DNA of 56,242 nt, from NCBI GenBank assembly GCA_040905565.1, contig JBBDRF010000052.1:58979-115220 (forward strand), in the 5' to 3' direction. The stretch comes from Phycisphaeraceae bacterium (GTDB lineage Bacteria; Planctomycetota; Phycisphaerae; Phycisphaerales; Zrk34). Under the pieces are notes generated by a model that was not told the DNA's origin, ran no database searches, and saw only the letters and a list, made by a program, of their open reading frames with translations. Each line of letters opens with the position of its first letter. The first letter of the stretch is position 1. This document shows, piece by piece, positions 8,951 through 17,456 of the stretch. Made by a program: the position numbers and the translations under genes.

Positions 8951-9203
8951 CGAGGGTTGCAATTCGCCGCGTCCGACGGACGGTCGCTTACGCTTTCCGT
9001 TCGCCAAAGCGTGCCGGTGGGTGGCACGTTTGGGGCGGGCGCTATACCTTTAGGCTTGTGCGTGTTAGCCTTGTCGTTCGATCGCTGTGTCCGGCGGCAG
9101 TTGGGGGGCTGGAGGGGATCCGAGTCACGACCGCCGACACGGGGAGAGGTCGGGCGGGCAACGCAGGACGTGGGAGCATTTTCCGCGTGGGAGTCGTTAA
9201 GCA

Positions 9204-11423
9204 ATGCAGTTGATGACGTGGCCGCTGGCGCGCCTTGGCAGCCGATTCGCCCTGCTTTTTGAGCCCGCCCGCCGACAGGTAAGGCACTCGGGGCTGGGGC
9301 GGTTTCTTGATCAACCGCTCGATCTGGCCGTCGGTCTCGTCGAACCCGACGGCACCGAGCGCGTGCTACCGTTCACCGAGCATGGCCGAACCTTCCACGC
9401 CACGGAAAACTTCGAACGCGTGAACTCCATCACCTTCCGAGGCTTCAGCGAAAACCTCGGCGTCCGCTTCGAACTCAACCTCCACAGCCCCTTCTATCCG
9501 CAGAACGAACGGCTCAGCCTGCTGCCGGTGTTCTACATGGAACTGCGTGTCACGGCCGTCGACCGCGTCCGCCTGCGGCAAATGCCCAATCCGCCTGAGA
9601 AGGTCAAGCTTTTCATCCGCATGCGCCGGCCGGACACCGAGATCCACGCCGAGCCCGGCCAGATCAATCTGCAATACGACGTGCCCCTCCAGCCTGAGCA
9701 CGAATCCGCCTGTGGCTCCGATCGACCACACGGCTCGACGGATGACGAACCACGCGATCCCAACGCACCCGTCGCCCATGTCGTCGAAACCCTGCGAAGC
9801 CTGAACGACAACGCCCAGCCGATCGAAGACGAGCACGGCGGCGTCGGCCTTACGCTCGACCTGCCCGTGACCGACGAAGGCAGCGGCGTGAAATGGCGCC
9901 TCATCTGGGCCGCCCATACCGCCGACCCCGTGCTGGACTATCACGGCGAGCCCGCCCGGCTGCGCTACGTGCGCCACTGGCCCGACCTCGACGCCGTGGT
10001 GAAGGAAGCGACCGACCGCCGCGATGAGAACCTCGCACTCTCGCGCCGATTCGAAAAGCTCCTCGATCAAGCCCCGTTGAACCGCTCACGCTGGCACCTG
10101 CTGATTCTCGCGTTCCACAGTTACCTCTCCAACACGTTCTGGTGCGATCTTGATGAGGATCGCGAGCTGTTCACCGTGTGGGAGGGCAACTATTTTTATC
10201 ATGCGACGCTCGACGTGGGCTACAACATGTCGCTGCTGTACTTCTGCCTGTGGCCGCGCCTGCTGAAACTGTCGCTGGCGAGCTGGTCGGCTCATCACAG
10301 TGAGCACGAAGCGTCAGGGGGCGTGATTCTCTGGCACGATCACGGCCGCGGCATGAAAATCGGCGCCCCCGCGTACGACCATTCCATGCCCGTTGAAGAG
10401 AACAGTGATTTCCTGTTGCTGGTGCAAAGCTATGTCCACTGGACCGGCGACACCGAGCCGATCGCCCAGTACGCGCCGCTGGTCCGCTCTCTGGCGGAGT
10501 ACCTGCTCTGGACCGATCGCGACGAGTCGGGCTTCCCGTCCGAAGGCTCCGCCAACACGCTGGACGACGCTTCCCCCGCTGTGCAGATGGCGCGGAAACA
10601 GACGTATCTGGCGATCAAACGCACGACCGCGCTCGAAGCCGCCGCCGACCTGCTCAGCCGGGCCGAGGACATCGAGATGGCCGAGCGTTGCCGCGATGCC
10701 GCCGCCGCCGCCGTGATCCGCGTCGAGCGCGACGCCTGGCTGGATGACCATTACGCCGTCTGCATCGATCGCGATTCCGCTGCTCTTTACGATGCCGAGA
10801 CAGGCGAGGCCATCCCCTTCGGCGAGCTGACCGGCTGGGACGATTATTCGCTTTACACGACCAACGGGCTGCTGCTGCCTTCGCTGGTCGCCCAGCCTCA
10901 GCCGTTCGATCGCCATCGTCTGCAGGTCGATCTGCTCAACGCGCACCGCGAAACGCTCCGCAACTACGGCTGTGCCCACACCAGCAGCGACACGTCCAAC
11001 GTCTGGATCTCCCAAAACCTCTGGCGAGACTTCGCTGCACGCTACCTGCATACCGAGCTCACCGAGATCGATACCCGCTACTGGGATCTGCTGGTCTACT
11101 CCAACACGCACGACCAGTCCTTCGGCTACATCGATACCTATATCAGCAACGAACTGGCGTTCAACCCGCGCGGGGCGTCGGCCTTCGGCTGGTTCCTCGC
11201 GGGGCCCAGGCTGGTCGTGGATCGTCTTGATGGCGAGTACTTCGCGGTCGATCCGGATCGGACCTACCCGCAGCGCTGGCCTCTGCTCGCACTGGCGGAC
11301 TGGGAAGCAGGAAAGATCCCCGTCTGCGTCGTCGATCCCGAAGGCAAAGTCTTTATCGAAGGCGAAATCGAACCCGTCAAAGTCCTCGGCGAAGCACCAC
11401 GCGGCAGCGACCTCATCGGCTAA
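9204..11423 (+). CDS. Putative six-hairpin glycosidase-like protein (GH52 / GtaA-DUF4965-like)
   Basis: 739 aa; WEGN..HATLDV, HDHG..YDHSMPVEE and ANTLDD..QTYLAIK resemble GH52-like (alpha/alpha)6 enzymes. Confidence 0.6.
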   Translation: MQLMTWPLARLGSRFALLFEPARRQVRHSGLGRFLDQPLDLAVGLVEPDGTERVLPFTEHGRTFHATENFERVNSITFRGFSENLGVRFELNLHSPFYPQNERLSLLPVFYMELRVTAVDRVRLRQMPNPPEKVKLFIRMRRPDTEIHAEPGQINLQYDVPLQPEHESACGSDRPHGSTDDEPRDPNAPVAHVVETLRSLNDNAQPIEDEHGGVGLTLDLPVTDEGSGVKWRLIWAAHTADPVLDYHGEPARLRYVRHWPDLDAVVKEATDRRDENLALSRRFEKLLDQAPLNRSRWHLLILAFHSYLSNTFWCDLDEDRELFTVWEGNYFYHATLDVGYNMSLLYFCLWPRLLKLSLASWSAHHSEHEASGGVILWHDHGRGMKIGAPAYDHSMPVEENSDFLLLVQSYVHWTGDTEPIAQYAPLVRSLAEYLLWTDRDESGFPSEGSANTLDDASPAVQMARKQTYLAIKRTTALEAAADLLSRAEDIEMAERCRDAAAAAVIRVERDAWLDDHYAVCIDRDSAALYDAETGEAIPFGELTGWDDYSLYTTNGLLLPSLVAQPQPFDRHRLQVDLLNAHRETLRNYGCAHTSSDTSNVWISQNLWRDFAARYLHTELTEIDTRYWDLLVYSNTHDQSFGYIDTYISNELAFNPRGASAFGWFLAGPRLVVDRLDGEYFAVDPDRTYPQRWPLLALADWEAGKIPVCVVDPEGKVFIEGEIEPVKVLGEAPRGSDLIG

Positions 11424-11429
11424 GCGGGG

Positions 11430-11541
11430 CGAAAAACGAAGTTCGAAATCAGAATGCTAAATGAGATAGCAAAGAGAAAACCCTTTCATTTCCTCTCTTC
11501 TCTTCCCCTCTCTTCTCTGTGCCCTCTGTGCCTCTGTGGTT
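11430..11541. repeat. Heptamer run plus CTCTGTG (CACAGAG) repeats between convergent genes
   Basis: CGAAAAA-CGAAGTT-CGAAATC-AGAATGC at 11430-11457; three CTCTGTG units at 11515-11538. Confidence 0.7.
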
Positions 11542-11552
11542 GTCTTTCTTAA

Positions 11553-12968
11553 TCACTCCGCTTCGATCAGCTCGATCGCGTCCGGGTCCGCCTGTTCGGC
11601 GGGGGTGATCTTTAACAATTGAGCGACCGTCGCGTGCAACTGCAGCGCGTGGATCGGGCCGAGGTTGGTCTTGCCCAGCGGCTCGGGGTAGCGCCAGAAG
11701 ATGGCGGGGCCCAGCATCTCGGGCTGGGTGTCGGGGTGGTAGCCGTGCATGCCGAGGGGGCCGCGATCGTCGACGGGAGAGCTGACGCCGTCGGCCCGGC
11801 GGCTGAACGTGTGGCCGTTCTCCAGCACCACCACCACATCCCCTACGCGCGTCGGATGTTCATACCCCCACGCCTTCGGCAACTCATCCTGCCGATACGC
11901 CGTCGCAAACGGATGCAAAGCGATCGCCGCGAGCGCCTCGGCCACGGCCTTCTCACGCTCCGCTGTGTCTTCAATCTTGAAGAACAGATGCCCCACGTTG
12001 CCGCCGGTCGCCTGCTGGATGCGCTCGTCGCCTTCCACCTGCGAAAGGTGCCCAAGGTGGACGAGCGTCTCCACCTTCGCCATGCCGTGGTCGGTCGTGA
12101 TGATCACGTAACCCGCCCGCTCCGGATGCTGATCGAACCGTGCGGTGATTTGCTCAAGCATCTCGCCGATGAGTTCGTCGGTGCGTGCCATGCTGGCGAT
12201 GACAACGTCGGAGTCGGGGCCGTGGATATGGCCGACGGAATCGGGGCCGGTGATGTAGGCCATGATCAGCCGCAGGGGCGCGTCGTGGTCGCCGGCCTGA
12301 TCGTCCTCCCACAACTGGAGCACGCGCGTGAGTCGCTGCTCATCGCTGACGCCTCTTGGAAAGCGATCGTCGAAGTAGTCGGTTCGCACCTCACCTTTTT
12401 GATCGTGCGAGAGGGGCCAGTCGATCACCGCCGTCCGCACCCCCTGCCTTGCCGCGGTCAACCAGATGGGCTCGGCTTCGAGCATCCACGCCCAGGGCGG
12501 ATAGGCGAACACGGTGTCCTCATCACGATCATAAAAAACGTTCGAGGGAATGCCGTGCTCGCTGGGTTTTGCGCCGGTCGCCATTGAAACGTGACTGGGA
12601 AATGTGAGGGAAGGAAACGCCGGTTGCAGTTCGCGACTGCTGGCGCCCTCGGCGATGAGGCGATCAAGGTTCGGCGTCTCCGCCCGATCAAGATAGTCGC
12701 TGCGGACGCCGTCGATGCTGAGCCAGAACACGATCGGCCCGGGATCTGCCTCGCTGCAATGCGCAGGGTGCCCCGGCCAGCGAAGACGGCCGGGCGGGGA
12801 TGCACGATTGGTCACAACCTCCCCACGCGTTTCAGGGACCCGGCCGTCTCGCTGCGCTTGCTGGCCGGGGCACCCCTGCGCGTGGACGTCGACCGCCGCG
12901 CCGCCGATCATCAGCGCCAGCAAACCAACGACCCAGCCTCGGCGTCCCACGCGCGTTCCCTTCACCAT
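11553..12968 (-). CDS. Secreted nucleotide pyrophosphatase/phosphodiesterase (alkaline phosphatase superfamily)
   Basis: Signal peptide; SIDGVR, FPSLTFPSH (Thr nucleophile), PDSVGH, TDHGM and GMHGY motifs. Confidence 0.92.
   Translation of the reverse strand: MVKGTRVGRRGWVVGLLALMIGGAAVDVHAQGCPGQQAQRDGRVPETRGEVVTNRASPPGRLRWPGHPAHCSEADPGPIVFWLSIDGVRSDYLDRAETPNLDRLIAEGASSRELQPAFPSLTFPSHVSMATGAKPSEHGIPSNVFYDRDEDTVFAYPPWAWMLEAEPIWLTAARQGVRTAVIDWPLSHDQKGEVRTDYFDDRFPRGVSDEQRLTRVLQLWEDDQAGDHDAPLRLIMAYITGPDSVGHIHGPDSDVVIASMARTDELIGEMLEQITARFDQHPERAGYVIITTDHGMAKVETLVHLGHLSQVEGDERIQQATGGNVGHLFFKIEDTAEREKAVAEALAAIALHPFATAYRQDELPKAWGYEHPTRVGDVVVVLENGHTFSRRADGVSSPVDDRGPLGMHGYHPDTQPEMLGPAIFWRYPEPLGKTNLGPIHALQLHATVAQLLKITPAEQADPDAIELIEAE
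12760..12882. repeat. 123-bp palindromic element inserted in frame in the NPP gene
   Basis: Inverted copy of 2695-2817 with 4 arm mismatches; encodes roughly AQGCPGQQAQRDGR...PPGRLRWPGHPAH. Confidence 0.9.
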
Positions 12969-12992
12969 ACAAACCTCTCAGCAGTCGATCGC

Positions 12993-14198
12993 TTAATCGC
13001 TCAGCTCGTTGATCCGGTCGATCATCTGCCGGAAGCGTCCGAAATCACGGCGGGTGAAGCGGAAGCTGATCCGCGGCAAGTGAAGGTGCTCCACCTCCGT
13101 CTCGTGCGCCCCCGATTGCGTGATTCGGCCTTCCACGATCAGGTCCGCGAACTCGTCGTTCAGCTGATCCAGCGCCCGTTCGCTCAACGGCTCAAGCAGA
13201 CGAATCACAAGCTTGTCCCGCACGAACCGCTGCGAGTGGTAGTTGCGATAGAACTGCTTCACGTAATCCACCGCCTGCTGCGGATCGTGAAAGATCTGGT
13301 AGAGGTTCAGGTCCGGCTCGCTGATCAGATTGTTCTTCAGCAGGTGCTCGCGGACGTAGCGATCAAAGTGTTCCCAGTAGCCGTTGCCCTCGGGCTCGAC
13401 CATGGCGATGGGGATCATCGACGATTTGCCCGTCTGCACGAGGGTGAGCGTTTCAAAGCATTCGTCGAGCGTGCCGAAGCCGCCTGGGAATAGGATGAGC
13501 GCGTCGGCCTGCGAGACGAACATGAGCTTCCGCGTGAAGAAGTAGCGGAAGGTGGTGTGTTTCGGATCGCCTTCGATGATGTCGTTCGCGCTGGTTTCGA
13601 AGGGGAGCATGATCGAGACGCCGAACGATGCCTCGGCCCCCGCGCCTTCGTGGCCCGCCCGCATGATGCCGTCGCCGGCGCCGGTGATGACCATCCAGCC
13701 GGCCTTGGCGATTTCGCGCGCGAAGGTTACCGCCTGGAGATAATCCGGATGTGTGGCCGGGGTGCGCGCTGAACCGAAGATGGAAACTTTGCGGACATCG
13801 CCGTAGGGGCGAAACACTTTCAACGCGTACCGCAGTTCCCCCAGCGAGCGTGAAATGAGCTTCAGTTCGCCGGTGTGCGCGTTGTCCTGCACCAGCCGCA
13901 GGGCCGTTTGCATCATGTCGCGGACGAGTCGGCCGGACAGTTCGTCGGGGTCGCCTCCAAAGTCACGAATGAGCTGTTCAACGCGGCCGACCACTTCCGG
14001 ATCGCGTGCCGAGGTGACGGTGCCGGGCCCGAATGGGGCGACCTCGTCCTCGGGATTGCGGATTTCTTCCTGAGGCGTCTGCGTGTTGTTCAGATGTTCG
14101 TCAGGGTTGAAGCCGTTGTTCCCGTCGCTGTCGTTGTTATCAAGATCGTCGTCCTCGTCGTGGTGGGTAATGCGATCGTAAACGTCTTTAGGCGTCAT
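12993..14198 (-). CDS. LOG family (TIGR00730-like) nucleotide phosphoribohydrolase
   Basis: SIFGSAR, ITGAGDGIM, FRYFFTRK and PGGFGTLDE motifs; acidic N-terminal extension. Confidence 0.9.
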   Translation of the reverse strand: MTPKDVYDRITHHDEDDDLDNNDSDGNNGFNPDEHLNNTQTPQEEIRNPEDEVAPFGPGTVTSARDPEVVGRVEQLIRDFGGDPDELSGRLVRDMMQTALRLVQDNAHTGELKLISRSLGELRYALKVFRPYGDVRKVSIFGSARTPATHPDYLQAVTFAREIAKAGWMVITGAGDGIMRAGHEGAGAEASFGVSIMLPFETSANDIIEGDPKHTTFRYFFTRKLMFVSQADALILFPGGFGTLDECFETLTLVQTGKSSMIPIAMVEPEGNGYWEHFDRYVREHLLKNNLISEPDLNLYQIFHDPQQAVDYVKQFYRNYHSQRFVRDKLVIRLLEPLSERALDQLNDEFADLIVEGRITQSGAHETEVEHLHLPRISFRFTRRDFGRFRQMIDRINELSD

Positions 14199-14408
14199 AG
14201 GTAGCTCTCATCCTGGTGAACCATCGTCGGCACCCATTGTACGTGCGCTCATCGGCGCGAACCACGCCGGCAACGCGATCGGGTGCACGATCCCACTAAC
14301 ATAATCGGCTTAAAACCCCTCGCACCTCTCCTGCGCCAGGGGAAATTTACGACGCGCACGATCGGGCATTCGCCCCGGCAGCAGGCTTTCGCCTTAAAAC
14401 AGAAAAAC

Positions 14409-14531
14409 AACCACAGAGGCACAGAGGGGGAGGAGAAGACCAAGGCAGAGAGAAGAGAAGAAGTTGTCTTCTGATTCCCGGCTTCTGACTCCTCTTCTTC
14501 TTACCTCCTCTTCCTCTGTGCCTCTGTGATT
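14409..14531. repeat. Inverted pair of CACAGAGGCACAGAG repeats with purine/pyrimidine-rich flanks
   Basis: AACCACAGAGGCACAGAG at 14409-14426 and CTCTGTGCCTCTGTGATT at 14514-14531. Confidence 0.8.
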
Positions 14532-14559
14532 AGTAGTTCTGAAGGAACAGATGCGCCAG

Positions 14560-15747
14560 TTACCTGCCCGCGTCGGCGGTGTCGTATTCGAATGCCGGGC
14601 CGGCCATCATGACTGCAGGACGTCGGGCGGCGGCACTGAGGACCAGCCCCACCATCACCATGCTGGCGACGAGGCTGGAGCCGCCGTAGCTGATCAAAGG
14701 CAGCGTCATGCCCGTGATCGGCAACATGCCCAGCGTCATCCCCACGTTCACGAAAACCTGCGTGACGAAGATCGTCGCCACCCCCACCACAATCAGCCGC
14801 GCGAACGGGTCTTTGTGGCGCGCCGCCACCACCAGCGCCGAGCCGATCAAAAGAAAGTAAAGGCCCAGCACGCCGAGCCCGCCCGCCAGCCCCCAGCGTG
14901 CTGCGATGACGGCGAAGATCATGTCGTTGTGCGCCTCGGGCAGGGCGTTCTCCCGCAGGATCAACCGTGCCCGCTCCTTGCCGTAGCCGGTGAACTGCCC
15001 CGCCCCGGTGGTGGTCATGGCCTTGTAGGCCTGGAACCCAGCCGAGTCGCGGTCGCTGGTGTCGCCTTGAATCTGCGCGATCTGCGACATGATCCGCTGC
15101 TTCTGGTGCGGCTGCAGCAGCGGGTACATCAACGGCGTCGCCACCACGCCCAGCACCACGATCAGGATCAGATGCTTCAGCCTCGCCCCCGCCGCCACCA
15201 GCATCGCGAACAAAACGGGCAGGAAGATGAGCGACGTACCGAGGTCCGGCTCCACCAGAATCAAACCCATCGGCACGAAGGTGATCGCGAACGGTACGAA
15301 CAGCCCCAGAAACGTGCGGTAATTCTGCCGGTAGCGCAGGTACGCAGCCAGCGCCAGCACGAACGCGATCTTCGCCAGTTCGCTCGGCTGAACCTGCACG
15401 ACCTGAAAATCGATCCACCGCCTCGCCCCGTTACGCACCGGGATGATCGATTGCGGCAGGAACGGCAGCAGCAGCACGGCCAGCGTCAGGATCGAGACGA
15501 TCGCCAGCGGATAAGCGCCATGCACCAGCAGCCGATGGTGCGGCAGCGCGACCATCACCATCATCCCCATCCCCGCCACGAGGAAAATGCACTGGCGAAG
15601 GACCAGCCCCGACCGGGCCGTATCGGTTGATCGCACCGTGTCGATCGACTCGATCCCGATCAGCACCAGCGCAACGGCAGCCAGCACCGTAATGTGACCG
15701 GCGTTGGGGCGCAGGATGGGCTTCAGCCGTTCGAGGAGTGCGTACAT
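14560..15747 (-). CDS. rodA: SEDS family peptidoglycan glycosyltransferase (RodA/FtsW)
   Basis: GARRWI, QPSELAK, EPDLGT, LPEAHNDMIFA and PITGMTLPLISYGGSSL motifs. Confidence 0.88.
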   Translation of the reverse strand: MYALLERLKPILRPNAGHITVLAAVALVLIGIESIDTVRSTDTARSGLVLRQCIFLVAGMGMMVMVALPHHRLLVHGAYPLAIVSILTLAVLLLPFLPQSIIPVRNGARRWIDFQVVQVQPSELAKIAFVLALAAYLRYRQNYRTFLGLFVPFAITFVPMGLILVEPDLGTSLIFLPVLFAMLVAAGARLKHLILIVVLGVVATPLMYPLLQPHQKQRIMSQIAQIQGDTSDRDSAGFQAYKAMTTTGAGQFTGYGKERARLILRENALPEAHNDMIFAVIAARWGLAGGLGVLGLYFLLIGSALVVAARHKDPFARLIVVGVATIFVTQVFVNVGMTLGMLPITGMTLPLISYGGSSLVASMVMVGLVLSAAARRPAVMMAGPAFEYDTADAGR

Positions 15748-15810
15748 GGGCTCACATCGCCATGTTACCAGAGGACCCCCACGAGCATCGGCGACCGGCC
15801 CCGCACGCGA

Positions 15811-16701
15811 TCAGTTTTCCCAGCGAACCTTCGCCGTCACTGGAAAATGATCCGACGGATACTGCCCCTCGCGAGCCGTCCGATCGATCGCCGCCTCCAG
15901 CACCACCGCCCCGGGTTCGACCAGCACGTGGTCGATCTTCGCCCCGCCCGTGCTGCCGATGGTGAACCCGTTGAACGTGCCCACCTCCTCAGCCTCCGGA
16001 TGCACCACGCGGAACGTGTCAACCAGCTTCAACGGCGCATCGGCTGCTTCACCACGCACATACTGCATTGCGGGGTTGTCTTCGCCGGCGTTCATGTCGC
16101 CCATCAGAACGACCGGTTCGCCGGGGTGGGCGCGGTCGGCAATCCGCTGCATGACCAGCTTCGCGCTCTGCACGCGCGACGGCTGCGAGCGGTGGTCCCA
16201 GTGGGTGTTGAAGATATAGATGCCTCGCCCTGTGCCCCGCTCGATGAAACGTGCCCATGTGCAGATGCGCGTTATGTCGTTGCCCCAGCTTGTCGAGGCC
16301 ACCTTTTCAGGCGTGTCCGAAAGCCAGAACGTGCCGTGATGCTCCGCGTCGAGCTCCCAGCGATCTCGATCGTAGAGGATGTTGGTGAACTCGCCCCGGC
16401 GCTCCCCGTCGTCCCGCCCCACGCCGACCGTGGCATAGCGTGGCACCGCTTCGCGAATCGCATCAATCTGAAACGCCACCGCTTCCTGCAGCCCCACGAA
16501 GTCGCCGCCGCGTCGGTCGATGACATCAAACACCATCTCATGCCGATGCCGCCAATGGTCGGGCCCGTCGTTCGCCGTGCCGAAACGGATGTTGAAGCTC
16601 ATCAGATCAACCTCAAACGGCGGCGGCTCCTCCGCCAAGGCCGCCCCCCCAGCAGCGAAGGCGAAAGCAAGCGTCACAACGAATAACGATAAACGCGGCA
16701 T
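15811..16701 (-). CDS. Secreted endonuclease/exonuclease/phosphatase family protein
   Basis: Signal peptide; SFNIR, GLQE, NTHWDH, GDMN, KIDH and PSDHFPV motifs; AAGGAG RBS. Confidence 0.92.
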   Translation of the reverse strand: MPRLSLFVVTLAFAFAAGGAALAEEPPPFEVDLMSFNIRFGTANDGPDHWRHRHEMVFDVIDRRGGDFVGLQEAVAFQIDAIREAVPRYATVGVGRDDGERRGEFTNILYDRDRWELDAEHHGTFWLSDTPEKVASTSWGNDITRICTWARFIERGTGRGIYIFNTHWDHRSQPSRVQSAKLVMQRIADRAHPGEPVVLMGDMNAGEDNPAMQYVRGEAADAPLKLVDTFRVVHPEAEEVGTFNGFTIGSTGGAKIDHVLVEPGAVVLEAAIDRTAREGQYPSDHFPVTAKVRWEN

Positions 16702-16917
16702 GGCGATCTCCTTGTGCAATCACAAATAGTGTAACACGCAAAGCCCAGGCGTACTGCCGCGGGACCGGGCTGCGGACAATCCTCACAACGCCGCCCGACA
16801 GAGCCGAACTGTCCCCAGCCTTCCCCGCCACTGGCCCGGGGCCCGCCCCATCGGCTATGATGCCTTCCGCACCCGACAAACCGCCTCAAGCGGCCTTCTT
16901 CACGGAACCCGACGACC

Positions 16918-17367
16918 ATGGACGAGCAGACCATTGCCCGCGTTTACCTTCTGGAAAGCACGCCCGAAAAGGTCGTCATCCAGATCCCCAGCACCAACTA
17001 TCAGCTCCACCTCCGCTGCCCCGCTGAGCCCGAAGTCAGCCCCCAGGGCCGCGTCCGAGGTATCATCCACTGCAACGTCTGGAAGGTCGACCTCGTCTCG
17101 CCAGGCGGCGCTTACATCGAGCCCATCTACGGCCGGCCCCGCCGGGTCCAGGGCCGTGTCATCGGTCACGTCGATGGTTCTAACGCACTGGTGGTTTCCA
17201 TCCGTGGCTGCCCCATCGTCGCCGACCTGACCGACCACTGGGTCGCCAAAGAGATCCCCACCGGCACGCTGGTCGGGCTCGATGTCTACGAAGGCGCCTC
17301 GTTCGAGCCCAAGCCGCTCGCCCTCGCAGGTGCCGCCGCTGCCGCCCCGCCCACCGTCCCGGCCTAA
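16918..17367 (+). CDS. Hypothetical beta-rich protein
   Basis: 149 aa with C-ending codon bias like neighbouring genes; GGAYIEPIYGRPRRVQGRV segment. Confidence 0.75.
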   Translation: MDEQTIARVYLLESTPEKVVIQIPSTNYQLHLRCPAEPEVSPQGRVRGIIHCNVWKVDLVSPGGAYIEPIYGRPRRVQGRVIGHVDGSNALVVSIRGCPIVADLTDHWVAKEIPTGTLVGLDVYEGASFEPKPLALAGAAAAAPPTVPA

Positions 17368-17456
17368 GCCGCAGTCACCTCGGGGCCATCGCTGAGAACG
17401 CGACCACCGTCCGCCACGCATCTGATATCCCCAACGGTGGGGGGGGGGAGCTTAGC

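Noticed and set aside
8950..9060. c-di-GMP-I riboswitch
   Set aside because: Characteristic GGCAAA / GACGCAAAG core and tetraloop-receptor arrangement not found
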